DNA from: Anolis carolinensis
Taxonomy: Eukaryota
Assembly: GCF_035594765.1 (NCBI RefSeq)
Contig: NC_085844.1
Span: 87,373,923 to 87,437,922 of the forward strand
Direction of reading: 5' to 3'
DNA: 64,000 bases
Position numbers and translations under genes: made by a program. Position 1 is the stretch's first letter. Each line of letters begins with the position of its first letter. Positions 12,761 through 25,687 of this stretch are shown here, piece by piece. The notes under the pieces are model-generated. The model was not told the origin of the DNA. It was given only the letters and a program-made list of their open reading frames with translations, and ran no database searches.

Positions 12761-13104
12761 AGAGTTTGACCCTGTAAATGTTTTGGCTTACAGAGTATTC
12801 TCCACTCCCCATGGTAATGTAAAATATTTAAGACGGGCTATGGTGGCTTGCCTCTGCCATATCTGTGGTTTTTAAAAAACACTGTAGTGTAAATGTGGGG
12901 CAAAGTTGTAATCTCATTACCTTCTGTGAGACAAAGGGCAGGAATCGGGAGGTGATCATACCTTCCAGTCTTCCCTCACTCATTTTCATTCCTTGTCCTC
13001 TCATCACTTTTAGTACTTCCTCATAGGTGCCTGCTATTTTCCTCATCACACATAGACAATAAGTCTCCACCACCAGCTATTTTTCTTCATGCAAATCTGC
13101 CAGA

Positions 13105-13415
13105 ATCCCTTTCCATGGGATGCAATAGTTCTGCAGCTAAAGAAACGGACCCTTGAGACAGGGATGCTGTCTTAAACTGTTGTTTTCCGTGGGATCCAGT
13201 AGTTCTGCATCTAAACCAGGCATGGGCAAACTTCGGCCCTCCAGGTGTTTTGGACTTCAATTCCTAACAGCCTCCTATGCCTGATCTAAATTCATTGGAC
13301 CCTTGAGACAAGGATGCTGCTTTAAATCATTGATTTCCATGGGATGCAATAGTTCTGCATCTAAAGCCATCAGACCCGCTGTCTCAAACCGTTGCTTCCC
13401 GTGGGATTCTATGAC
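13105..13415. repeat. Degenerate tandem repeat (~65-75 bp units)
   Basis: ttcc(a/g)tgggat...tagttctgca(g/t)ctaaa and ggacccttgagaca.ggatgctg recur 2-4 times; one unit split by a hAT MITE. Confidence 0.6.
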
Positions 13416-13689
13416 ATTCTGCCTCTTCCCGAGACTCTCCGACTTTAAAAAAGGTTTCGGAGCCACTTGATGCTATTGAACTACAACTCCCAGCCATGCT
13501 CTTGAGGAGAATGCTGGGAGTTGAAGTGCCACAACGTTCGAAAGGCTGCCCGGTCCGATTTTTTTGTGTTCTCTAACGTTGGTCTTCCAGGTGTTTGGAA
13601 CTTCAACTCCCAGAAGCCTCGGCCGGCTGGGAGTAGGGCTAGGAATTCTGGGAAATGAAGTTCGAAGACCTGAAGATGTAGGAAGCACA

Positions 13690-14120
13690 GGCAGATGACG
13701 TTAGCGCTGGCGGAGGCTGCAATACAGAGAGCAAGTGTAAGATTCTAGGCTGCCGGAAAAGGGGAGGCGCGCGCTGTACATCCGGGACACCGTCAGGTGG
13801 CGAGCGCGCGAGGGGGCGGTGCGCGCGATGGCTGCCTCCTGCATCCGGGTCCCTCCTCCTTCCGTGCTGCGCGAGGGAAGTTGTCAGGAGAGCTCGGCCG
13901 GGCGGGGAGGAGCAGAAGGAGCCCTGAGGAGAATACAAAGCCCGGGTTTCTCTGCTTTCCTAGAGAGGAGGCCCCGAAGTAGTCTCGAAGGTACTGCTAA
14001 CTTTCTCCCTGTCGGATAAGGGAAGGGAATGCCTTAGAGAAGCCCGAGCGGGCGCCTCCAAAGCCATTGCTCAGGAGGGATGATGTAGGCCCGTTTGTCA
14101 GGGTGGGGTTGGTCGCCTCC
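13690..14120 (+). promoter_or_regulatory. Probable RO60 CpG-island promoter and non-coding exon 1
   Basis: CpG-rich patch 2.3 kb upstream of the 16361 acceptor; TGACGT (~13696), CCGGAA (~13753), GC boxes; candidate donors CAG|GTGGCG (~13797) and AAG|GTACTG (~13991). Exact exon not resolved. Confidence 0.65.
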
Positions 14121-14394
14121 AGCTCCCTTCCCAGCATGGAGCTCTTTGTGGTGCAGCTGTGGGGTTTGGCACCCAATGAAGGGACGCTGTGTATAGGCGG
14201 AGCATCCCTTATGCGCATTTCTTGGAGAGAAAACTTTCCTAAACCGTGTGTGTTTATACTTGTGGTCCCTTTCTTCGTCCTAGGATGGGCTATGGCTGTG
14301 TCAAATCTGGATTATATGGCAGCGTAGACTCTGATAACCTCGTTCAAAGCAGATATTGTGGATTATCTGCCTTGATATTCTGGATTATATGGCT

Positions 14395-14905
14395 TTATTT
14401 TGTGTCAAAAGCATTTCATAGATAAATAAGTATAAAACTGATAAAATAAAGGGATCACAAGCAGCTAAATAATTTTAGACCAAAAACGAACAACAGCGAC
14501 TGCATTGTTTGTAGCTTTAAACAGTTTTTCTCTGCATGAGGCAGGGCACCGTGGGCACACGTACAGATGCTGAGTTGTTTGTTTTGCTCCACAGTCACAC
14601 AAGGTGGAGGATTCTTCTAGGTAGTGCCATTTAGCCAGGTTGTCTTTTGATCAGACAACTCCACCTCTGAGAGCCCTTCCACACAGCTATATAATCTAGA
14701 ATATCAAGGCAGAATAATCCACAATATCTACTTTGAACTGAGTTATCTGAGTCCACACTGCTATATATCCCAGTTCAAAGCAGATACAGTGGGATTTTAT
14801 TCAGCTGTGTGGAAGGGGCCTGAGTCTGTTCTGGCACTTCCAAGTTGCCCATTCTTGGTTTGCTCCTGGAAGAAGACCCTCATAGGAGGTAATCAGTTGG
14901 AACTG
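14395..14905 (-). mobile_element. Vingi/ingi-like LINE 3' fragment split by Harbinger MITE 14671-14820
   Basis: Translates QEWATWK.QNRL / KDNLAKWHYLEESSTLCDCGAKQTTQHLYVC (CCHC)...FWSKII*; MITE has TGA TSD. Confidence 0.75.
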
Positions 14906-15124
14906 CCTGATTTTGCTTCCTACAGAGATATTCTTGTTGTTGCTGGAGGAATGTTTAGAGGAGTGGTTCTCATGAAACTTTTCCTTGATTTAAGTCTACT
15001 GGAAGGAGGCTTACAGTGGATAGGTTTCACACTTTTCAATTTTCTCTCAAAATTGGCAGCAACTTCCCGTCACCCATTGGGGGGGGGGGGGGAGGAGGGC
15101 AGTCCCGGCTAATTTATTGTTATA

Positions 15125-15910
15125 TGATTGTGTGGAAGAGTCCTAAGTCTACACTGTCATATAAATTCAAAGCAGATAATGTGGATTTTATACAGCTATG
15201 TAGAAGGGGTTCCAGTCCATTGGATGGTGGCTTTAAAATACTCTCCCTCGCTTTCACAAAAGGAACTCTGCACATGCCTTGAAGACATGCATAAAAAACA
15301 AAACATAAAGGGAGGGAGATTGTTGGAGCCTTTTTCTTTTCCTGACCAGAGCAATGAAATTCCTTAATGCCAGGTGACACAGGACCCTTTCACACAGCCA
15401 TATAGGCCAAAATATCAAGGCAAATAATCCACAATGGATTATATGAGTTCACACTGCCATATAATCCAGCTCAATGTGGATTGTGTACAGCAGTGTGGAA
15501 GGGACCACAGTAAACCAACGATGGAACTATATTCTGTGTGCCTTACACAGAAAATCAATGCACTTTGACACAAGGAATTTTGGGAGAAGGTGGCCCCTTC
15601 CACACAGCTGTATAAAATCCCACATTATCTGCTTTATACTGCATTATATGGCAGTGTGGACTCAGATAACCCAGTTCAATGAAAATATTGTGGATTACTG
15701 TATCTGCCTTGATATTCTGGATTATATGGCTGTGGGGAAGGGCCCATAGTTTCACAAGGGCCCCTTCCACACAGCTGAATAAAATCCCATATTTTCTGCT
15801 TTGAACTGGAATATATGGCAATGTGGATTCAAATAACCCAGTTGAAAGTAGATATTGTGGGCTCTTCTGCCTTGATATTCTGAGTGATATGGCTGTGTGG
15901 AAGAGCCCTT
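15125..15910. mobile_element. Cluster of PIF/Harbinger-type MITEs
   Basis: At least 4 copies or fragments of the ggcccttccacacagc...gctgtgtggaagggcc family. Confidence 0.75.
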
Positions 15911-16382
15911 AGATTTCAGTGGGTAATATTATGTTAATATCTCTACCTGTCTATATCCACTTAATGACACTGTGGACAAACGATTGGATGTAGCCTGTTT
16001 TGTTTTCACTGTATGATGTATTGTTATATATTGAATTTGTATTTAATATATGGATTCCATTGTCAGCATACTCTTTTTAGTCAGCATGATATATCTCTTT
16101 GGTTTTGAGATGTCTGGGGAATTAAATGTTTTACATTTCTATTAAAACTATTTATGAATGTTTTATTGCATATAATTTGATTTTTACAGCTGGGAAGATT
16201 GTGGATTATAAATTTAACATCTGCCTACCTGATAAACATCTCGGTTTTCTGGCTTGGCTATGAAACTATGAGCTTTTCTTGATTAGTAGGATTATCTTCT
16301 AAAGAACAGAAGATACTGGAAAATAATTGAAATTGTTTCCTTTTGTGTATTTTCTTTCAGAAGGTCTTATAACTGACAAAAA

Positions 16383-16962
16383 ATGGAAGAAGAAGTAAGT
16401 CAGATGGAGCCCTGTGACGAAAACCAGGTGCCAAATTCTGAAGGTGGATATGTGTGGCAGGTTACTGACATGAATCGATTGCGCCGTTTCTTGTGTTTTG
16501 GTTCTGAAGGAGGCACTTACTACATCAAGGAACAAAAATTGGGCTTTGAAAATGCTGAGGCTTTACAGAGACTTATTGAAGATGGCAAAGGGTGTGAAGT
16601 GGTGCAAGAAATAAAGACGTTCAGTCAAGAAGGCAGGGCAGCAAAACAGGAGCCTATCTTACTGGCACTTGCTATTTGCTCACAGTGCTCTGATACAAAA
16701 ACAAAACAAGCAGCTTACAAGGCTGTCTCTGATGTCTGTCGCATCCCAACCCATCTCTTCACTTTCATCCAGTTTAAAAAGGATCTGAAGGAGGGCATGA
16801 AGTGTGGCATGTGGGGTCGCGCCCTAAGAAAAGCTGTTGCTGATTGGTATAATGAAAAGAATGACATGGCTATTGCCTTAGCAGTGACAAAATACAAGAA
16901 AAGAAATGGCTGGTGTCATAAAGATCTTCTTCGATTGTCTCATCTAAAACCAGCAAACGAAG
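16383..16962 (+). CDS. RO60: RO60 first coding exon (acceptor at 16361, 580 coding nt)
   Basis: ORF 16383-16970 [10 protein letters not shown]...HLKPANE; donor G|GTAATT. Confidence 0.97.
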
Positions 16963-17260
16963 GTAATTAAATGTTTGGAAATGTTAACACAGCAATAGAT
17001 GTCTGCATTGAGCAATACTGTCTGTTAGGGTGGTTGAACAAGGGAAAGGAAGGCAGAGCTTGGAAAAAGTATTTGTTGGGATAGCTAGGCAACTTGGCTG
17101 GGGGATTCTGGGAATTGTAATTCAAAAAGAATTCTAAGCTAAATGAGGGAGGAAGCCTACATAAAACAGGAATTATTTTTGCCAGATAGTATTCTGACAT
17201 TGCACTAATGAATAGTCTGTTATGGTTTTTTTCTATCTATCTATCTATCTATCTATCTAG

Positions 17261-17306
<46 letters not shown>

Positions 17307-20300
17307 CAATATCTCAAATGCAAGTATTTAGGTAATGGTGTGACACAGATTTTTAGGGATGTACTGAGAGCGGTCTGTTTCCCCATTACAACTTATGTGT
17401 ACCAATGGGCATTAATAATAATATTAATATTAATAACAGTAGTTACTCTGGGACCCTAAGCTGGGTCTGAGAGAAGTCTGCTTCCCCATGACAGCTGATG
17501 TGTGCCAGTGGGCCTTAATAATATTAATATTAATAGCAATAGTTACTCTGGGACCCTAAGCTGGGTCTGAGAGAGGTCTGCTTCCCCATAACAGCTGATG
17601 TGTGCCAATGGGCGTTAATAATATTAATATTAATAACAATAGTACTCTGGGGAAGACCCAAATGCATTAAAAGTTGGTGGGCTAAAAGGGTTTGAAATGC
17701 TCTTCGTGTGTGGTGATTTTTACCCCTCTAGCCCAAAAACCGAGCGGGGGGTGAGGGGTGAGCCTCGGAAGCCCTCCCATTGCCGCCAATGGTCTGAAAA
17801 TTTTCACTTTTTTGTAAGCGAGATGAAAATTCTATTCATATAGGCGCTCCATTTTCGACAATGGGGACATATACAAAATTGATACAAAATGAATGAAACA
17901 AAACTAAACAAACAGTGATTCCATACAAATGCATTCCACTATTTTACTCATAGTGTTAACTGTAATAGAAGCTGGTTGTTTTTATTCTTGAAAGGATAAA
18001 ACTAAGCTGTATTTTTTCATATTGCCATCATTATGAAGCATTTTAATCTTATTTGTAGAAAAGCAAGTGTACATCCAGAATAAATTAAGTAATTAGTGGC
18101 AGCTTTGTGATAGTTTACTGTTTTCTTTCTACCTGTCTGCTCTTCTGTGTGTGTAGTCCTATGCAACATCGTGTACTCATGTATAAATCTAGAAAGTTTA
18201 GTCAAAAATCAAACCAAAAAACTGGGTCGACTTATCCATGGGCCAGTTTGGTACTGCATATTAACTCTTACTTTAAAAAAACGGAATCATTCCCTTCTTT
18301 GAGTAGAGTGATGAAAGGCAAAAGTTTGGTCCTTCCAAGGCAATTTTAAAAGAAGCACCAACCTGTTCTATAGTAGCAGTAGTGCCCAGGGTGTAAAATG
18401 TAAAGTATTTTGAATGTTTTTCTATCGAAGCATCCTAATAACTGTCCAGGTCTATGAATGTTTATCCAGGAGCAAGCCTTGTGCAAAAGTTGTTTGTTTT
18501 GCATGCAGATCACTACTCTATCTCTTATGCAATAGCTTTTCTGACTAAAAAGTTTAGCTAAGTTCCATTTAGGATATTAAGCATTTACATATTCTAGTTT
18601 AGAAGTAACTGGTATCTTTGATAGGAAGTAAAAATTGAATCCTTCAAGTAGTCACTGAAAACTAGGTTTAGAAAAATTTAGGAAGGGAATGGCTGCACAC
18701 AGTCACCAAGCATATTTCTTTGTTGTGTTGTCTATGCCCTCCTCTTTCCTAGAAAAAGAATTCTTTACAATAATGATGTTTTTTTGCTTTAGAGAACCTG
18801 AAGAATGTATAGCTTTCTCCTGCATAGGATCATCAAAATCCACCCAAAGCAAATCTGAATAACTTTTGATGACTTGGTGTTTTGATTTTTAAAATGTGTG
18901 ACTGAAAGGGAGTGGAGAGAGTTGTAGCTAGGTTAGGTAAAGTTGTAAAATTGGCTTCCTGAATCTCTGATGTTGGGGCTTTCTTAGTTTATGCTATAGA
19001 AATTTACATTTATTGCACCCACTGCTTTCTCATTGACATAATTTTAGTTTTTTTACTCTTGTTCTGCCTGCTTCATTGCTGCAAATAGTAAAAGTAAAAG
19101 CCAAGGAGAGTTACATAAAGCTTAGAAAATATCCTCATGTTTTCCTTTCAAAACAAATATAAGGGCTTTGGACATTCATTTAATTGCACAGGAAAACTAT
19201 TTGCTTTAGCAGTTCCCAGTAGTTATGAAGTCAAGGAAAATAATTCTAGAAACAAATGATTTTGAGGCTTTTCCATTGACATTATTTTAAAATACTGTAA
19301 GAATAGTGTGGTGCTTTGATGTTAATAATGTGAATGGAAAACAGTTTGGTGGATATGCTTCTGTCCACAAATTTCTTATTATGCTGCTGTTATGCAACAG
19401 TTCTTGAATAGAATTGTTTGTCTTTCAACAGGCCTTGCCATAGTCACTAAGTATGTCATGAAAGGGTGGAAGGAGGTCCAAGAAGCTTATAAAGATGACA
19501 AGTATTCTGCTGAAACTGAAAAACTGCTGAAGTATTTGGAGGCAGTGGAGAGGGTGAAACATACAAAGGATGAATTGGAAGTGATTCATTTGATAGAAGA
19601 ATTTAGTCTAGTTAGGGAACACCTCCTGACAAGTCATTTGAAATCTAAAGAGGTAAGTACATTATATAAATAATACTTTGAATATGTTTTGATGGATTTT
19701 TAACTGAATTTTTTAGTGCTGATGGTGTTTAATTGTTTTAATTTTCCATGTTTGTATATTTTAAATTCTTTCAAGCTGCTTTGAGTTCCCTTTGGGGAGT
19801 TAAAGCAGGGTATAAATAAATGTAAATAATAATAATAGTAACAATAATATCGTATTTTCTTAATTTGTACAATTGATCTTCATATTTAAACACTTGAGTT
19901 TCTTCTTTTTTTCAATATTTTTATTCTCACCCTATAAGGTATGGAAAGCATTGCTACAGGAGATGCCCTTAACAGCAATGCTGAGGAATCTAGGGAAGAT
20001 GACAGCAAATTCTGTTCTTGAACCAGGAAGCCCAGAAGTAACAATAGTTTGTGAAAGATTAAGAAATGAAAAACTTCTTAAAAAGGTAATGATTTCTGTT
20101 TTTTTAAAATAATAGATTCATTCTATTAATTCAGAAAGTTGGTCTTCTAGCAATGCTGAATTTGATGTCCAACTGATGACATTACTTTTCCTTTTTGCTT
20201 ACAAAATGTATTAATGAGAAGTGTGTTGGTTATGCTAAGGACATGGATTTGAAAGTCCCATCTCTGTGATCTTTGGAATTAGGTGAGAATGCAAATTAAT

Positions 20301-23300
20301 GGAAATAAAACTTCTGTGCTAGCTTCCTGCTGATATTGGAAGTACGACAAAATGTCATGCAGTTTTCTATGATATTACTAGCAGTTAAGGAAAAGTTATT
20401 ATTTTAGAAAAAATGGCAGTGTAGAGAATTTGACACTGCATGACATTTGGCAATGACTTTTGCCATCATTCAATAGCATTGTAAAATATAGATTTTATAG
20501 AAGAATGGAACCGTTCACAGGTGGGAAAATATTTTTATGGGAGATACTTGATATTTCGGTGCAATTGTAATAGATGGAACTGGAAGGATTTTATCCATGC
20601 AGAAAGGATGCATGGATCATATACTATAGCTTTCAAAATCTAAAAGAAATTTCTATACAAAAGTTATAAGCCTTGCATATGACTAATCAAAACTACAGCT
20701 GTAAAGAGAAAGTGTTTCTAATTACTTCAGTTTCTTTTGTACATTAGATAATAATAATAACAACAACAATAACATTATTTTGAAAAGAATGTGTATTATT
20801 TTTCTAGGCTCGGATACATCCATTCCATATTTTGGTTGCTCTAGAAACATATAAAGGGGAACGTGGCTATCGGGGGAAACTTCGTTGGCAACCTGACAAG
20901 GATATTTTGGAAGCTCTTGATGCCTCATTTTACAAGACCTTTAAGGTAAATATTATGAATGTGTAGATACAGAAATGCACACTGTTTCAAACATCATATT
21001 GATTTTAAGGTTTTTTCCCTTCTGAAATATAGTATGATGTCTGTATCTTTGAAACTCTACTTAATAGCAAACCCTATTGAAATGAGGGGCTTCTGGCCGA
21101 AGAATACCATAGTGTCAGGTGGCACAGCGGGTTAAACTCCTGTGCCAGCTGAACTGCTGACTTGAAGGTTGGGTTACTGACCTGGAGGTTGCCAGTTCGA
21201 ATTGGTGAGACGGTGTGAGCCTCTGCCTGTCAGCTATAGCTTGTGGGGACATGAGAGAACCCTTCCAGCAGGATGGTAACAAATACGAGCGCCCCCTGGG
21301 TAATGTCTCTGTAGACAGCCAATTCTCTCACACCAGAAGTGACTTGCAGTAGATTCTCAAGTCACTTCTGATACAATTTAGAAAAAAACATAGTGTCACA
21401 CTGGGAGTCCTCAAAATGCCTAGAAAGGACATATTTTGTCAGATGTGGATAAAATAAAACCATAGATACCAATCCTGTGGATATGAAGGGTCATACTGCA
21501 TATTCAGCATAGATTTTCAACTTTTGAAGTCTTTGCTTAGACAAGTATTGAATGGGCTGGTTCTGTCAGAAGTATTGGTAATAAAGACTTGAAAGTAGAA
21601 TACCTAATGCTAAAAAAACTTCATGGAAAACAAATATTTATGATCTAAAGCAGAGGTCCTCAAACTTTAAAAATATAGGGTCAGTTCACAGTCCCTCAGA
21701 CTGTTGGGGAACCAGGCTATAGTTTGAAATAAAGCATGAACAAATTCCTATGCACACTGCACATGTCTTATTTGTAGTGCAAAAAACCATATTCAAAATA
21801 AAGAACAATTTAACCAACATAAACTTACCAGTATTTTAGTGGGAAGTGTTGGCCTGTTTTTGACTGATGAGATAGTCGGGCTAATTAGGATTGTTGTGTG
21901 CCTTCAAGTCCTTTCAGACTTAGGGTAACCCTACGTCTAAAGTTTAGGGAGGGGCCCAGGTAAATGACCTTGGAAGGCTTCATCCGGCCCGCAGGCCTTA
22001 GTTTGGGAACCCTTATCTAAAGCTTCAAGAGCTCTCTGCTGTCTTAACAAAAATGTTCTGATTTTCCCCTTTATCTTCTATTTCAGACAGTAGAGCCAAC
22101 TGAGAAGCGTTTTTTGCTTGCAGTTGATGTCAGCGCTTCTATGTCCCAGAAGGTTTCGGGCAGTGTACTGAATGCTAGCACCGTTGCTGCAGCAATGTGT
22201 ATGGTAAGAGATGTTACAAGCTTGCCAAGTTGTCTCTATCTGAATTTGAATGTGGGAGTGACTTTGCATCCTTTCAGCCAAAGGATGCTTTCTGTGTTCA
22301 AACATATATAGTTACATCAGAAAACTGTATTAAGGATGTCTTTCATTGTGATTAAAAAAAAGATAAGAACAGGTTAGGAAAATGCAAAGATTAAAGAAAA
22401 ACTTTGATAAATGTTCTTTAGGAGAAGTGTTCAGAGTTCCCACTTGTTTCATCATATCAGAATTGAGCTTTCTGAAAGTATCTTGATAATCCTACACATT
22501 TTCAAGAAGATGGTGTCCCTAATCTCTTAGTGCTTAGGATAATGCATGTGTTCTAGACTTAGGCTGCTGGGATTCAAACATCTTTGAGCTTGGGAATATT
22601 TAGTGAAAGGATGACGACCATTTCCTCTCCCTGTTTGCCACCTTGCCTATAATTTTAACCATGTTGCTCTTCCACCAATTACTCTCACTTCCCTCAAAAT
22701 CTGGCACATTTTCATTTGTACAACTTGGAACAAAGTGCCTTTGGAGCTCGTTCACTCCTCCTTTGCTAGAGCAGTATGTTTGGGCCTGAATGGGGACAGT
22801 TTTAGAATCTGCTGAGGCAAGACAAAAAAAGAGCTCTCAGAATTTCAGCAACAACAAAATGAGGCCAGCTACAAGGTTTTGAGAGGGTATGATAGGGTTT
22901 TGGGAAGAGTAGAGAAAGCAAGTAGAAGAAATGCAAAAGGAGGGGATTGTATAGCATTCGCCCTAGCCAGGGACTATCCTTTGGTTTTTCATTTTAAAAA
23001 ACATGAGCAAAACATAATAATTGTATTTTCTCTTTTGTTTGACCTTTTTTCAGCTTGTTGCACGCACTGAAAAAAATTCACACATTGTTGCCTTTTCCCA
23101 TGAAATGGTCCCTTGTCCGGTGGCTGAAGATATGACTTTATCTCAAGTGTTACAGAAAATGTGTGAGGTATCTAAAACTTCTGCTTGTTCAATCTGTAAT
23201 CCTATATGCAAAAACAATGTAAAAATATTGAGGTGTGAAAAGGAAATAACTCACTCATTTAGTATACATTTTCTCAGTGGAGATAATTTTCATGTGTACA

Positions 23301-25652
23301 TTGTAATTTCAGTCTATTTTCTCTCCTTTTAAATGTTAGGATTGTTACAATAAATCGTTTCCATTAAATTATTTGTTTGGCAGTGATGGCCACATTATGT
23401 TAGTATTGCAGCCTTGTTTATGTTTCATCATAGATGGCTTAGTAGCATTGGATACTCAAACTGATGATACTTAGTATCAAAATAAATCAGAGAAATGACA
23501 TTTGTTATTGTTACACATATGCAGTTATTTCCAGCATTACATAAAAAAACAAAGGAAAAGTTAATATCTGACCAACATACAGTCTAAATATCAACATTTA
23601 GGGTATACATGGTGGGGATTCTTCCTAGTATTTATGTTGTATAGGGGAACTTCCTACTCTCTCTCTCTCTCAATCTGACTTTCTTCTCTGTGGGGAAGGA
23701 AGTGTATATGTGTAGACCATTCACTAGTGCTGTCCTTGTTCTGTGTTTTCTTCCCATACAGCCCTTTGGCTGAAAAATGCAACTCCTCTGCTGTAAGACC
23801 ATAGTTGTAACTATGATATGGTTGCCTTTAAAACATACCTGCTATATGTATTTCATTTAGTCAGCATATATTATTTCCACAAAGAGAAGTGGAAGGCTTT
23901 AGCCGGTGACAATGGAAAGATGCTGCTAGGAAAAGTAGATAATACTGGCTTAGATGTACAAAAGCAGTTTAAGTTATTAGACATCTATCTAGGAAAGCAG
24001 TTGTTTACAAGAGATGATGGCCGGAATCCTGTTGGGGAGTTATCAACATGTGAACTAGAGTTGTGCATTTGTAACTGTTTAATAATTATTATTTCATTCA
24101 TTCTATAGTTTAGGGGCACATAGGGATTGTGAAAATCCTTCAATCCTTATGTACTGGGCAGTAATCCTTCTGATTGATGGGGTTCATTCTGCTGTTGCTC
24201 AGGGAGAAGCTGACTAATGTTATGACCCACCTCTTAAACGGGTGATCTCTGGAGGGGAAATTGTGATAGGCTTCTGCCTATCACAATTGGAATTGCTCTT
24301 AGCAATGGATAGGAACATCAGTTTAGCTGCTCTCTGAATTATGGGAATGGACTCCATCCACTGCTTCAGCTGCTTCCCAGAAAGAGGTGACCTGGTGGGG
24401 AGATGGATTGAGATTCACTGCTTAATTCTGCAACTATGTTGGTTACTCATTCATAACTCCACAGCAAAATTCCAGCCAATATGAGGAGATAAGGACTGTT
24501 ACATTGTGTGTTACATTGTGTTCTAACCACTCACTGTGCCATAATTTTTTCTTGTGTCAGAGCCACATTCATTTTGAAATTTTGAAAGGTATACTAGTAG
24601 CTATGGAACATCTAATGACTGCTGATATTCAAAATCATCATTCCCTCTTTATCCCAGATCCCAATGGGTGCCACGGATTGTTCTCTCCCAATGCTATGGG
24701 CTCAAAAGGCAGGTGTGGCTGCTGATGTATTTATTGTGTTTACGGATAATGAGACCTTTGCTGGAGAGATTCACCCTGCCACAGCTTTGAGGCAGTACCG
24801 GGAGGTAAATGCTTTCTGTATAATAGCATAATATTTTTTCTGTATAAAAACGTTTATTTTTTAAGTAGTTTCCAGTTTTTATTTAAATAAAATTTAAATA
24901 TTGCAAAAGGGTAAAGATCTGCAGAAACTGCTACATGACAATAGAAACATGATTTAAAACATTTCTATTTCTAACTTAACAATACAAATGGAAAATAATT
25001 TGTTGAACCTTTTTGCATCACAATCCAGCCCACTCAGAAGTATATTTGAGCTGTATAAATGATCCATAAATGTCATAAAGCAGGGGTCCCCAAACTAAGG
25101 CCCGGGGGCCGGATGCGGCTCTCTGAGGTCATTTACCTGGCCCCCGCCCTCAGTTTTATAATATAATATATTGTATATACACATAATATCGATAATAATA
25201 TTGTAATGTAATACAATATAACAGTAATAATAATACCATATAATAATATTGATTATATATTCTATATTACATATAATATTACTAATAATATTACAGTATA
25301 GTGGTATAGTTCAATATAGTAATATATAATGCTAATATTGTGCTATGCTAATAATACAATATATTGTATGTACATATAATTTGTAAGCCACTCTGAGTCC
25401 CCTTTGGGGTGAGAAGGGTGTGATACAAATGTAGTAAATAAATGCAGTAAATAAATAATAAATAAATTTTAAACTTAGGCTCGCCCAAAGTCTGAAATGA
25501 CTTGAAGGCACACAACAACAACAACAACAACAACAACCCTAATTAACTTGACTATCTCATTGGCCAGAAGCAGGACCACACTTCCCATTGAAATCCTGAT
25601 AAATGTAGGTTGGTTAAAATTGTTTTTATTTTTAAATATTGTATTGTTCTTT

Positions 25653-25687
<35 letters not shown>

